A stretch of 63,640 nt of DNA, the filler included, from Licmophora abbreviata (taxonomy: Eukaryota), in NCBI GenBank assembly GCA_900291995.1. It is 10 parts of 10 records of this genome, joined end to end, with 100 filler letters (N's around TTAATTAATTAA, not from the genome) between each part and the next. Parts side by side here need not be neighbours in the genome. Positions count along the whole stretch, not along the records: positions 40,236 to 50,531 come from OLMU01005240.1; positions 50,632 to 53,038 come from OLMU01005242.1; positions 53,139 to 56,024 come from OLMU01005243.1; positions 56,125 to 61,715 come from OLMU01005244.1; 6 more parts are not named here. One strand, written 5' to 3'. Shown here one piece after another: positions 48,341 through 60,761 of this stretch. Position 1 is the first letter of the stretch, and every line of letters starts with the position of its first letter. Under the pieces are notes generated by a model, which saw only the letters and a program-made list of their open reading frames with translations, made no database searches and was not told where the DNA came from. Made by a program: the position numbers and the translations under genes.

Positions 48341-48875
48341 GGGGAAAGCGGTCCGTCAGTCACGTCATCGTCACGCATAAATCAAACCGCGAACCCCCCT
48401 GACCCCCGACGATCTGGCCGACTGTACGTACCAAAGTTGGGATCGCTTTTTGGATTGGAGCATTTTGATTGGCTGGCAGGAGGGCCAGATGGCGATTGCT
48501 GCAATAGTTGATGTCATTCAGAAAGACATGACGAACATTGACGTACAATCCATTTTCTAGCGCTCGTGGCAGAAAAGAGTCTGTCGTGGTACGAATTGTG
48601 ATTGACTGCTCTTCGCAGTACAGACCACTTCCGACACGAGAACGCTGAGTAGCAAAATGACGCACGAAAGACATCATGAAGAAGCACGAAAGGCAACTCG
48701 GATACGAAACGCACGTACTTCGGTAGATTTCCGATGGACGCGAACCACAAACATGAAGGCAAAAAGACATCACCGCAGTTCTAAAAAGCCAATCAATCAC
48801 CAAAGCATCATCACAGAGCATCCAAGCAAGCCTTTGCTTATAATAGTCTAGCTACAGGTAGTACTGACAGACAAG

Positions 48876-49811
48876 ATGAAGACTTACAGTAACGTCGTGG
48901 CCCTCTGCCTCTTGCAGGGCGCAGCGGCCTTTTCAGTGAAAGGCCACACTAGAGCGATGGCGAGCGTGCGGCTGAACTCGTCCACCAACGACCAGGTTTC
49001 GACCGGAGTCGGAGTAGATATCGCATCCGGGGGCCCTGAGGGAGCTGCCGCTTCGGCCTTGAACACGCAGACCTCCCGGGCAGCGGAGGGCAGCCCGAAC
49101 AGCATTTGGGATACGCTTTCCCCCGTAATTGTGCAAGGAAGTTCGCTCCGAACGTGGTCTTTTGAAACGCCTCTTGTAGAGAGAGTACAGGTCCTCCTCA
49201 AGACGGAGGGACGTCCGCTCAGCGCTAATGTCGAACTATGGCAGGGGCCAGATAACACGCCGCAGAAAATGGGAATCTACATTGAGGATGCGAGCATGCG
49301 TCCCTTCAGCTGTGTCGTTGAGACACCCAGAGGCTCCAACTCAATCGCCGTCCGAAACACGGGACATCTAGAGTTCCCATTGCTCGCTTGTGTCGAAGCC
49401 GATGTCGACGACGGCAATGGCGGTGGTCTCAAAGCGTTCACAGACCGGATGCGGGAAATAAAAGGAAGAATTGTACAGGGAGGAGCCGTCCACACGATTC
49501 CCTTTCCTTCGTCAGTCGAGAGCGTGCAAATCTCATTAGAGACCGACGGACGCCCACTCAACGCAAGAATCGAACTCTTGCAGGGACCCAACAACATCAA
49601 GCAGGTCATTGAGCTGTACACGGAGGACGGACTGGACCGCCCTCTCTTCGCAGTACTCGAGACGCCGGGAACCGGAAACGTTGTCAGAATTGTCAACACT
49701 GCTACCGTCGAGTTCCCACTCACTGCCGTTGTAGAGCCCTATCTAGTCGACCCCAACAAAAGCGGTGAGTACGAGCAGGGGTATGACATGGTTTCCCTGG
49801 ATCGCCGTTGA
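48876..49811 (+). CDS. Plastid-targeted protein with an internally duplicated domain, function unknown
   Basis: Signal + AAA-F motif; two copies of IVQG...VQ..L.T.GRPL.A..EL.QGP.N...ED...RP...V.ETP...N...NT...EFPL.A.VE. Confidence 0.85.
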   Translation: MKTYSNVVALCLLQGAAAFSVKGHTRAMASVRLNSSTNDQVSTGVGVDIASGGPEGAAASALNTQTSRAAEGSPNSIWDTLSPVIVQGSSLRTWSFETPLVERVQVLLKTEGRPLSANVELWQGPDNTPQKMGIYIEDASMRPFSCVVETPRGSNSIAVRNTGHLEFPLLACVEADVDDGNGGGLKAFTDRMREIKGRIVQGGAVHTIPFPSSVESVQISLETDGRPLNARIELLQGPNNIKQVIELYTEDGLDRPLFAVLETPGTGNVVRIVNTATVEFPLTAVVEPYLVDPNKSGEYEQGYDMVSLDRR

Positions 49812-50841
49812 AGACGGCCATGAGTATGACTTCTTTTGCAACTCGGATAACTAGATTGAAACTCCGCCAATGTGTTGTGAAGGAACATGTAAACAGGGAA
49901 CTAAAGAATAAGCCAGACAATATTAAAAGACTGCAATCTTCATCGTTGTGGATCTGCTTGCTATCGAGTGACATTTGAGGCTGCCGTTCAGAAGGGGGTA
50001 GCTCTCTAGGTGCAACGCGCGTTTGTATTGCCTCTAGCAGTAAGAGTGTAATTGTTAGAGGTACCTGGTACTACCGGTAGACTGAGCAGGTCCCACGATA
50101 GCGTATCCTGGTACCACCAGCGTTGCTGACTCTCCCACTTTTCCACCGGAGTATGCTTCTTCGATACTTTGTTCTCTACGAGTAAGTCGCATGGTGATGG
50201 GACATGAGAAAGTACTTGTACCAATGGAAATCGGCGAGCGGAGGCGAGAGAGCGTGCGACCGACGGACGCGCGGAAAACACTGTCGTGTGGCAACAAACA
50301 CAACGCGCAACCTGTCATCAGCAAAACTCAAAGGTACTTGCACCATGGCCTGGTCGTATTTCCACTCTTCTTTTGCTGATGCAGCGAGAAGAGAGAGGGG
50401 CCACGACGAACGTAGTGGCGACCCCCCTGGTTTCTCAAGTCGTCACTATCCAAAATCACCGGAAAGTCTCCGTCTTCGCTACGTCGTACTCCAAAGCATC
50501 AGCGGAGGTGGACGAGCCTGAGCTCTTTTGANNNNNNNNNNNNNNNNNNNNNNNNNNNNNNNNNNNNNNNNNNNNTTAATTAATTAANNNNNNNNNNNNN
50601 NNNNNNNNNNNNNNNNNNNNNNNNNNNNNNNCATTTTCTACGGTTGAGAACGTGAATTGACGACTGATTCGACTCCATTCTCATCAGCGCCGAGCTAGCG
50701 GGTTAGTTCCGTTTTGCACACACTGAACATGCGACCACACCCGCCCCGCCGTCGCACAATCGACGACGGCAGTCAGAGCATCTGTTCAGTCGTTGAGCGC
50801 CAACAAGTCACAAACTCCTCCGTTTCTGTCATCTCTTCACC

Positions 50842-51864
50842 ATGTCGACATCCCTTATGCAATTGCGAAGTCAGGATCTTGAAGAAAACATTGGTTACTA
50901 CGCACATATCGTCGCTTTGTTGACACTTTATTTTCTCTGGCGGCTGCCGACTGTCACGCCCAGAACAAAGTCGGCCGAGGGGACCAAATATCGCCCCAGG
51001 ATAATCGGAGCGTCTCCACGACAGAAGTCCTTGTCCAAGTCATCCTTGCAGAGAGAGCAGAAAATCCAGGAAGCTGAAGAGATTCTAAAAGAGCTTCATC
51101 CCAACAGTACCGCTGCTGAGCGAAGACGCTTCCTCTTGGCTCGCAAGTGCAATCGCAGCGCCGCTGCGAAACAGCTTGGAGGGTACTTGGAATGGAGGAA
51201 GAGACACACCGCAATTGAAAGTGAGCACTTTCGTGATTCCGATTGTGATACGTCCATTGAAGCCGATGAGAACGACTGGAACCGTGCGGTCGCCGTGGCC
51301 CGAAATTCCTGCAGTGACAGTCTCTCCACAAACGCTATACCACGTCTCGCCCGCATGTATCATGACGACGACAGAGCTCCCATATGCGACAAAGACGGAT
51401 TTCGTATCATTCATATATTACCGGGTCAGATGGATCCGGGATTGGCTAAGCCTTCCACTTACGCCCTTGCTTTGGCTCTTTACTTGGACCGCAAGTTGGA
51501 TAGAAGTTCCACCCAACTCTACACTGTCATGTTGGATGTACGAGGCGGCAAGACCTGGCCCAACATCCATCCTTGCAAACAGCTACCCTTTTTGAAGAAT
51601 CTCACGAAATTGTTGTTGGCTATGTTTCCTGAACGCCTCTATCAGTGTTTGCTATACCCACTCCCGCCAGCGTTTCTCTGGATCTGGAACTTGGCTCGTG
51701 GATTCATCGATCCGATGACGGCCTCGAAGGTTAGACTACTGAGTGGACCCGCACGGTCCACTTCACCTCCTCCCGTGGAAGCCTTGCAAGAGAGCGTTGC
51801 TAAACATACTGTCGAATTCCTAGAAGAGGAACGGGAAGCTACCTTTGTTTTCGATAAATACTAA
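50842..51864 (+). CDS. CRAL-TRIO (Sec14-like) lipid-binding protein with N-terminal membrane anchor
   Basis: RRFLLARK...YLEWR; VMLDVRG; FPERLYQCLLYPLP..F.WIW.L...FIDP.T..KV. Confidence 0.85.
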   Translation: MSTSLMQLRSQDLEENIGYYAHIVALLTLYFLWRLPTVTPRTKSAEGTKYRPRIIGASPRQKSLSKSSLQREQKIQEAEEILKELHPNSTAAERRRFLLARKCNRSAAAKQLGGYLEWRKRHTAIESEHFRDSDCDTSIEADENDWNRAVAVARNSCSDSLSTNAIPRLARMYHDDDRAPICDKDGFRIIHILPGQMDPGLAKPSTYALALALYLDRKLDRSSTQLYTVMLDVRGGKTWPNIHPCKQLPFLKNLTKLLLAMFPERLYQCLLYPLPPAFLWIWNLARGFIDPMTASKVRLLSGPARSTSPPPVEALQESVAKHTVEFLEEEREATFVFDKY

Positions 51865-52792
51865 GGTGACTGAATCAATCGAGAATGGCATCCCATACAA
51901 CATCTCTTTCTTACGTAACATTGATGTTGTATTTCCTTACATGGAGTACCAGTTACCTCATTATCTCTACCGAACAATCCAAATGGCGCCAAAATCGCCG
52001 GAGGAAGCTAACAGCCAGACCCGTTTTCATCCAGCTGCGTGCGCGCTCCATTCGGTTTTATCCATAGGAGCAGCGCGCATGCCGTTTCTTATTTACAATT
52101 TGATCTGTATAGCGATTTATATCGCCAATCGTTGATTTGAATACAATTTCAAACGGTGTTTGAATCGCTCATCTTTAAGTAAATTTAAAGTTCTATCAAA
52201 CGTCATGAATGCTTCATTCCCGTTGACTTCTAACTTTCCAGCGATACTTGCACCGCCAACAAAACACATCGCCATTGATGTGATGATACGAGGGGTGCTC
52301 CCAACGGATGTGTCTATCGCAAAGAGAAGTTCTCTACCGTCCCTTATCAGTTCACATGATCGAGTACTCACACGAGCGAGTGAGTAAGTGAGTGTGAAAG
52401 CAACACTTCGTAGATTGTAGACGGAGCAACCACCAAGGTGCGTGACAGGATGAACATGAAACGGTGATGTGTGTGAGCGGCCACGGGGGATTCGATTCGG
52501 GTGTTGCGATTGGGAGTCTCCGAGATGCACTGAGATTCATCCCAAAAGTTGGGATGCTCCACGGAATAACAGTAGCTCGTCTCCTCTCACTTTATGGGAA
52601 AGGGCTGATTTGAAGTCAATCGATCGGTGTTGCTGACGCGTCCTTTACGATGGTGCGGACCCGCGGTGGCATCTTTCTTTCACGTCGAAGCACGCTATGA
52701 AAAACTGGTTTTCTGGAGTTCTGACTTTTGTTCTTCCCCTTCTGACTCTTCGATCACAGTATCGCCACAGCTTCATGGTTCGAGAAAGAGAC

Positions 52793-53882
52793 ATGCCAGT
52801 GTCCAACTACTACCCAGCAGCCTCATACCCTGTGGGCCGGCCCTCCGCGGCGCCCATGGAATCTGTCGATCCCCACCAGCATGCGAAGCAGTATCCTCAA
52901 ACGGCGTACGCTGTGCCCCCCTCTTCGTACGCTCGTCCTCCTTACGAAGGCGCTGCCTACCCTCCTGCGACGGCGACCACGAGAGCTCCGAACCAGCTTC
53001 GTACGGTGGTGACGACCTCTTTTAGCGTCGACGAGGACNNNNNNNNNNNNNNNNNNNNNNNNNNNNNNNNNNNNNNNNNNNNTTAATTAATTAANNNNNN
53101 NNNNNNNNNNNNNNNNNNNNNNNNNNNNNNNNNNNNNNGAATGTAAACACGTCCCGCCTGAGATCCGCCAGAAATTCTTCGAGTTGCAGAGTCAGAGCAC
53201 AAAGGGATCCAAGGGCCTAGCCACGAGGCAATACTGGGTATCGTCCGCCAAGAAGATTGGACTGGTGGATACTCCTCAGGGCATCCGTTTCTGCAGAGAC
53301 CCTGCTGTGGCGCCGCCTACGGCTGTGTCCCTTGACATTCTTGCCCAAGTTGCCTCGAACGTCAACCCCACAACCACTCAGAATATCGTCACCCCCGAGG
53401 ACGAACCTCAAATCGCCCAGTTCCTGTACCTTGTCATGGAGCAGCTGAAGATCTGTCGCTTCACCGAAGCCGATCGCAACAAACGCCGTCTCAAGGATGT
53501 GGGTTGCCTCGGTGTCGAGTGCAAGCATTGCGCCGGGACGGTTGAAGGTCGCAAGTTCTTCTGGTCCTCGGTGAATGCCGTCGAGTCAAACTTTGTCAGT
53601 GTGCACACGCATATGATGGAGTGCAAGATGGTTCCAGAATCGTTAAAAGAGCGCCTGGCGGAGCTGAAAAAGCTTCGAAAGGCACAGACGTCGAGCCTCG
53701 TGGTTGGATCGCAGAAGGCTTTCTTTGCTCGAGTCTGGCATCGTCTCCACCGGAACGATGCTGAGAGTCCTGCCGCTGCAGTCGCTCTTTGCCAGCCGGC
53801 CATTAAAACCGAAGCTGCTTCAGCTCCGTCTGCCATTATTGGTCCGGGTTTCAATAAAGATGTGGCGATGGTTTCCATCTAA
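52793..53882 (+). CDS. Protein with tandem Cys/His (CKHC...H...C) domains, putative zinc/nucleic-acid binding; interrupted by gap
   Basis: Pro/Tyr-rich N-terminus; CKHVPPEIR...YWVSSAKKIGLVD; GVECKHC...RKFF...HTHMMECKMVP...RVWHRLH. Confidence 0.7.
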
Positions 53883-54284
53883 ACGAAATATGCATGTAGA
53901 AAGAGGTATTCTTGTTATTAGTCGGCCTGTTACCAGCAAGTCTTTCAGTTGCTACTTCTGCATACCCGTATCAGCTTGTAGCTAGACTGAACGCCCTGTC
54001 GGTAAGCCTAATCGACTACGTTGCTACCATGAATCACTCGTGCCCCAACATCAAAGCTTACTTGTCCGAGTCAGAGCTCTACTCGAATGCCAGCAACAAA
54101 CACTAATGGATCCGACCGGGATGTCTCGCCCCTATTTGCCAATGATCCTTCCTGTTCAACTTCACTCCGTTTGCTTTCGTCGCACTCACGCAGTGAGCCA
54201 TCCACAGCAATCAGAGACCCCTTCCCATGCGACCAGTCACTGAGGCATGGTCCGCCCCCACGATCAGACATGCGAAAACAGCCG

Positions 54285-55294
54285 TCATTGGTGGCTGTGA
54301 GCTGATTGTTCAAGTCCACTGGTCACCAGCGCAGGCTCGTCTTTATCTGACAGTTCAGCAAGAGTCATTGTCGAAGGATCCAAATACTTTCCCCGGTTTT
54401 CACTGTCTGATGTAATAATGCCCTCCGCTACAAGCTTGGATTCTAGCTTCTCAATTCTGCAAAGCAACGACGGAAGAGAACGATTTTTCATCTCCTGTCG
54501 CTTCAAGTGCCGTTTCGTCTTACGGTCCGTTCTCTCCGGGACGATGTCAATATTTTCAAAGTACATTGCCTTTTCACAGGAAGGTTTATTCAAGTCGACA
54601 CGAGTATCCTTCGCATGGTGTGAAAGAGCTGATTTGGCATAGCCGCGCCGGTGCTGGTGTGTTCTGGACACAAGAACCCCATTCTCCGTGTCCAACTTGG
54701 CCGGTGGCTGTGTTGCCGACACCACCGCGCCTCTCTCCTCTGATTGGATCGGAACGCCTCGGTTTCGCACTCTTTTAAGTGTGGCTTGCTGGCGCTGTTG
54801 AGAATCTGCAGATGAACTATCTCTACTTGGAGTTTCTTCGTCGCTCAATGGAGCCGTCTTGTGGCTGGAAGTGGCACTTAAGCCGGGGTTGGCCTTGTCA
54901 CCTGGTCCATCGCGGAACAGAATGAGGCCGTCCTCCAGAGACATTTCCAGAGTTGACCAGTCAGGAACAAAGTCGGCCTTGTTCCGATCGTTCTTTTGTG
55001 TTGACAGCGATCCCAGTGTACGAGCCCGACGGTGATTCGTTCTCGGAGGGAGGGATGAGTTTGATTGGCTGAGATGCCTCTGGCTGTCCAACAAGCGTTC
55101 AGCCCTGGCTTTTTCTAGGCCAAACTTTTCTCGTAGTCCATCATGAGCGTTCGGTTGTCCGAAAATGCAAAAGAGCCGTCGTCGTCTCGACCAGAAGGAC
55201 CTATAGAGGTACTGGGGGCCACACACCTCAGAGCTTTCCACATGTCATTGCGGGATCGGTTGACTGGAGAGTCGTCCACGTCTTGATCTTGCAT
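54285..55294 (-). CDS. Hypothetical disordered protein (start uncertain; possible frameshift near 55241)
   Basis: 318-aa hydrophilic ORF containing RSLPSLLCRIEKLESKL. Confidence 0.55.
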
Positions 55295-56264
55295 GAAGAA
55301 TCCCCCCGAAGAAGACTTAACAGGGAAGGCCCCATTCTTCTGGGAGAGGGACGGAGCTTTGCAGGCCGGCAACATTGTACAGTCCCGCTGTCAGCAGGAG
55401 TCAGGAAGATTATATGCCGCAATGTGTCAACTATAAATAACGGTCTGTATATGTCGTCTTCTCGACTTGAAGCTTTCAATCGACGGTGAGACAGCAAACG
55501 TTGCAACTCCCGGCACACCGCACTCAATAGAAGCAACTTGCCAACGTCAGTCTAATGGATCTTCAATGAATTTGGCGGCAGGCCGGGATAGACACGCCGT
55601 GCTTTACACGACAGAAGAGTTTGCCTATCACTTTTTTTGCCGCGCCAAAACCGGGACTTTGGAAACGTAAATAGGGCACAAAAAATGGCGAGCCATTGAT
55701 ACGAAAAATTGGACTAACAAGGGCTGAATGTACAAAAAAGGAATAGGGTTATTCAAGGTTGTTCATCCTATACATCGTATCATAGATCTGCCGAGCACGC
55801 CATCTCCGAAGCGAGCGCGCGTGAAAGTTCGATCGGTTCTTCGCAAGACTCGCTGATTTGCGTTGAATCTGGAACATCAAGACATGTGGATCTTCTAGAA
55901 AACAATAAACGCCCGTCGATTGATTCGCCGAAGATTCAAGATGGTTCGGCTCTTCGCGCCAAATTTCAAACTTGCCTCGACCAACGAGTACGATTGTGCC
56001 AGACGAGAGGTCATTCACAATACANNNNNNNNNNNNNNNNNNNNNNNNNNNNNNNNNNNNNNNNNNNNTTAATTAATTAANNNNNNNNNNNNNNNNNNNN
56101 NNNNNNNNNNNNNNNNNNNNNNNNTCACGCCTGCTATATTCTGTGTCTGTGGTGGTTGTGGCGAAATGCTTGGGGAGTCTTTGGTGAACCTCCGTAAGGA
56201 GATCATGGTAAATTAAGCAAGTACGTACATTATTGTACGCTATGTCAGCGAAAACTCTAGATCT

Positions 56265-57983
56265 TTACGCTTCACTAAACCGACGTTCGCCCATTGCAAA
56301 GTCAACCCAAGAACCAGTGATTGATATCCGCCCTGCATCACTAGGCCCAAGTCCACTGTTCTGTTGTCGTCCGCTAGACGCTGCACGACTTTCAACTTGC
56401 AACTGTATTGAGTCCGAGAAGAAAGAAACCCGTTCTTCCTCGTCGACGACCCAGTCCCCCAGAGCAGGCTCCATTTCGTGGTGCTGATAGTCCCCGCCTT
56501 CGGCAAAGTGTGCTCGACGTATGACTGCTGGATAAACAAACGGCTGTCGTGATGGAGAAACATTCTTCTTTCGAGGAGGCGACATGGAAGGCATAGTATG
56601 CTGTGGACCGTAGGAAGTGTATGTGACTCCCGGGTGGGACCTCCAAAAGAATGCCCGTGAAGTTAGATTGGAGGAAGGTCGTACTTTCGAAAGCTTGCAA
56701 GCCTCGTGCGGGCTAGGCCTGATTTTCTGATCTAGCACCATAGACGAAAAGGATGGAGGCGCCGCGGACGAAGATAGAGTCACAGAGGAAGTCGTCAGAG
56801 TGGGGCTCGCTCGCGGTGGCCGTGGTGGTTTCGGTGATGCCATTACTTCTCGTTTCTTTTCAAATGTAGGCAGTGTTTCACCCTCATTCGGACGAGCGGC
56901 TGGCATGTTATTGTTGCTGTTGAGCGCTCCATCCGTGGTCCCCGTACTTCTTGTAGTGTCCAGGGCTTCTTCTTCCTTCAACAGGGCTTCTAGTTTTTCA
57001 ATGCGCGACATTAGCGACGGAATAGTCCTGCTGCGCCTCTCCTTCGTCTTGACAGTTTCGATAAACGTGTCCATGTTCCTCAAAATTTCTTGGGTATCGT
57101 TTTCCGCGACGGGGTTGAAGTCCACGATCTTCTCCTCATTCTTATCATAAGTTGTCACCCGCGTGACTCCCATGGCGTCAAGCTCGTCGGCACTTTCCAA
57201 ACTCTGATTTCGTTCGCTCGCTTCGTCGGTAAGCGGCGCCGTCAAATCGGGACTTCCGGCGGCAGGCGGTTGCCTGTCTTTTCTGCCAATGGGCGACAAC
57301 TTCATCGTTGTCCTGAAAAGATGACCACTGCTCGAATCGTCACCGACGCTATGTTCAAACAGCAAGAGCTCTTCATCTTCGTCTGAGTGACCGAGGACCA
57401 ACGCCTTGATCGCCGGTGGCGGCTCCTCTTCAATACTTTCGAGTGAGTTGCTGCGATGTCTATGACTTTCCATCAGATTCACAAGCTGATGCCCTTCTTG
57501 CTGCCGCCTCTCGAGGCGCTCCGAGCGTACTGCAGCAGCTTCGTCGCTCATTTCTAGTGAATTGTCTGTCGAATTTAGTTTCGGTGTTCGAGCGAGAAAC
57601 ACGTCTTCCACGAGCTGCTGATTTTGTTGATAGTGCGACGAATTCTCCGAATCCTCGTCTTCGGCGAGAGGGCGATGATGCATGCGTCTCTTGGAGGAGC
57701 TGCTGCTGCCACACCTCGGTGCGTGTGCGGTACAGCGTAACTTCCGTAGCAGCTGCCGCGGCGATGACCGTTTGGAACCGCCATAGTAGTAATAGTCCGA
57801 ATCTTCGTCTATTTCGTCGTCCACCAAGAAGGTATTTTGGGATACGGGAAAGGACCCAGCGTTCGTTTCGTCGCCATCGTACTGATGTTCAGAGTCATGC
57901 GTTGAAGGAGGCTTGCACCTCAACATGGAGGCTCGTTGCATCTCTTCCTGTTCTGATGATGCTGCTGCTTCGTTTTGAAACAA
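56265..57983 (-). CDS. Hypothetical disordered protein (start uncertain)
   Basis: 572-aa Ser/Glu/Pro-rich ORF containing RTIPSLMSRIEKLEALL. Confidence 0.65.
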   Translation of the reverse strand: MFQNEAAASSEQEEMQRASMLRCKPPSTHDSEHQYDGDETNAGSFPVSQNTFLVDDEIDEDSDYYYYGGSKRSSPRQLLRKLRCTAHAPRCGSSSSSKRRMHHRPLAEDEDSENSSHYQQNQQLVEDVFLARTPKLNSTDNSLEMSDEAAAVRSERLERRQQEGHQLVNLMESHRHRSNSLESIEEEPPPAIKALVLGHSDEDEELLLFEHSVGDDSSSGHLFRTTMKLSPIGRKDRQPPAAGSPDLTAPLTDEASERNQSLESADELDAMGVTRVTTYDKNEEKIVDFNPVAENDTQEILRNMDTFIETVKTKERRSRTIPSLMSRIEKLEALLKEEEALDTTRSTGTTDGALNSNNNMPAARPNEGETLPTFEKKREVMASPKPPRPPRASPTLTTSSVTLSSSAAPPSFSSMVLDQKIRPSPHEACKLSKVRPSSNLTSRAFFWRSHPGVTYTSYGPQHTMPSMSPPRKKNVSPSRQPFVYPAVIRRAHFAEGGDYQHHEMEPALGDWVVDEEERVSFFSDSIQLQVESRAASSGRQQNSGLGPSDAGRISITGSWVDFAMGERRFSEA

Positions 57984-58707
57984 TGGAGGAGTACAGATAC
58001 GCTGTGATGATAACCCTCTCCACCACGTCTACTTTCAGCCACTCTGTCAAGCTACTGTCTGCTGTCTTGCTGTGATCTTTTAAAAAAGAGACACACGAGT
58101 TTCGCCTTTCGCGTCACTATGCCCCTCCGTTTTCTTGAATCAAGCATCACCTCTCTGCTTGGTCCTCCAAGAGCGACTGATGACGCCCCCCGCTTGTTCT
58201 CTGAAGAGGCCGGCATCTTTGGCGCGTGCAAATAATTTAAATATGAAATTTCATCCATCTGTAGGCGCATACATATAGTGCAATTGAACATGAGAATTAA
58301 TTAGAAGATATTAGCACCTGTAGAGTAATATTGTACACTCAATTTTTATAATTCGTCGTCATTTAGTATAGATTCTTTATAAAGTAAGTCTGTTGTGTAG
58401 CATTTGTACTGTGGTACTGCGCGCCAGCATTGCTGTCACACTCCGGAAACATCCAAGCATGAGAATGATGGATGATTTCCGAACAACGAATTCGCGCCGG
58501 CGACGTGAAGCATGACCAACGTGCCAAAACTGTGGCGAGACAAACCCTCGACGAAAGTTGCCTTTTGCTGTGTGGCTCTCATCTTGCATGTTCCAAACTG
58601 CGTTGATTGATTCCGCCAGCAAGCAGCAGCATCTGATATTGCTTTTCCTAATTCTGGTACTTCAGTGAAAGTGCCGAGTTTCTCTTGGAACTCTCTAAAA
58701 ATTCATC

Positions 58708-60654
58708 ATGAGATACGACTTGGCATTTTTTCTGTGTTGCTGCAAGTCCTTCTTGGGCAGTCACGGCGCAGATGAAGAAGAGGATTTTTATTCCTTGTTG
58801 GGGGTCGAGCGAGATGCAAGTGCAGACGAAATCAAGCGTGCGTATAAACGACAGAGTCTGCAGATGCACCCCGACAAACTCGCTCAAAAGGGCAAGGTGG
58901 TGACGGAAGTAGACCAAGCACGGTTTACACGCATGAAGGAGGCTTACGAAGTGAGTGTTCAATGTACAATTGTAATCATAGTAGCCTGTGTGCGTGGTGT
59001 GTGTGTGCTTCTTTGACTCAGATACTGACAACAGACTCTACTTGGCTTTTCTTGTCGTTCAGGTTCTTTCGGATGGGCACAAGCGCGAAACCTACGATGC
59101 CATTGGCGAACGAGGCATGAAGTGGCTCGAAGAGCCGTTCAGCGTTGATCCTCAAGAACTGGCTCACAACTTTGCAAAGTCATCGGTAGTAGATCGAGGC
59201 AAGATTTTCATGATTTTCGTCGGCATCTTTGCTTCCATCTTTATTTTACCGTTCTTGATTTGTCTCATGGTCGATGGCACGTTTGGACCCAATGCCACTT
59301 GGATGGCGGTGTTGACACCCCTGTGGGTCTGGAATGTTGCGATACTCCTATATCACACTCGCGTCATTCTCATGGGTCCCATCCCAAAACCGGATCATAT
59401 CAGTGCGAGTGATTGGGTCGATCCGCTTCCTATGAAGCGACGATACATGAGCCTATTTCGCTTCTTGTTGGTTGGCTTATTGGAAGTACTGGCCGCATTG
59501 AAATTGGATGGGGTGCTGGAAGCCTGTCCCTGGTTCATCATCTTTACTCCACTATACATGTGGGAAGCTACGACACTGTACAAGAAGTGGCCGCTGGCCC
59601 GCATGCGCATTGTCACGGTGGAAGACTTGGAAAGCGCTTTGGGCAAGCCATTCCACGAGTTCAGTCCGGCCGAAAAGGACCTCATTGGCAAGCGGTATTC
59701 GGTCGTACCTTCCATGACCTCGCCGGAGTTTGAGGCTGCGCAAAAGCTGAAGACTCGTGCTCGTCATGATATGATCAAGAGCGCGTTCCGTGCGGCCTTT
59801 GTACTCCTTCTGCTGATACAGCTCGACGGAGATATGGAGTGGAGTTGGTGGCTGATCTTTTTGCCCTTTTGGCTGATGACGGGACTCTTTTGTTGGGCCA
59901 ACTACCAATCTTTTGCAGAGGTGCAAAAGATGGCCATGGAGAAGGATCCAAGTTTGTTCGGAGTGAAGAAAGATGCCTCCTACGGAGCAGTAGGCAAGGA
60001 TGGCAATGCGACGACGGCAGCGGCCAGTGAAGCGGCCGGTAATAAACTAACGCTCGAAGAGCAAGAGGAACTCAAGGCTCAAGTTATGGCAAGCAGTTCT
60101 CGCCTGTGCAGCAAATGCTGCTCTCAAGGGTTCTTGTTGTTGATTGTTGTCTTATTCGTCGCCAAGGTGAATGGTGCCGGATTTTCATCCGTGTGGATCA
60201 TCTCGCCCTTTTTAATTGTGGTAAGAATCCAATGAGGGTCATGAGTGGGCAGATATGTATGTATATATTGTCGCTCGTCGAGCTAACTTTGGTCGTCGTT
60301 GTCTCCATCCAGGCTGGCACGATATTGTGCTGTTTGGGGTGTGCCATTTTCGGCATTACGGAAGTACCGACGGACGGCGTCGAGTTCGACACAGCTACAC
60401 TCGTCTCAGAGAGCGGCACGGCCGAATCCTCGCCCATGCATGGCGAAAGCAGCGCCGGGGTACCCTTGGGTGCAACCTACAAACCGCCATCTGCTGTTTC
60501 CAGGCCGGACTTGGATCCAGAGCTAGGCGAGGCGGGCAAGGCTGCGCAATTACCGAGCGTGTCGCCTCCGGTAGATCTCTTAGATGACTACGAAAAAGTG
60601 GAAAAGCCCACTGGCACGGTACGACAAGACAGCGAGCTTCATGATCTTGACTGA
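58708..60654 (+). CDS. DnaJ-domain multi-pass membrane protein with TMEM185-like W..IF.P.W repeats (introns 58951-59062 and 60221-60312)
   Basis: DFYSLLGV...IKRAYK...HPDK...AYE/VLSD..KR..YD; WMAVLTPLW, WFIIFTPLY, WWLIFLPFW. Confidence 0.88.
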
Positions 60655-60761
60655 GGAGTCGCCCTTTTCTTCTATTGTAGCGTTTGTATCAATAGCCTCG
60701 CTGCAGAATTACTTCCTCTCTTTAGTTGCTATCTAGGTAGCATTGTTGGATCACACATTAA

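Noticed and set aside
48269..48402. CVCVCV-containing ORFs
   Set aside because: Translation of the (TG)n microsatellite
50286..50531. Possible 5' end of a gene running into the gap
   Set aside because: Short, frames are inconsistent and no motif can be supported
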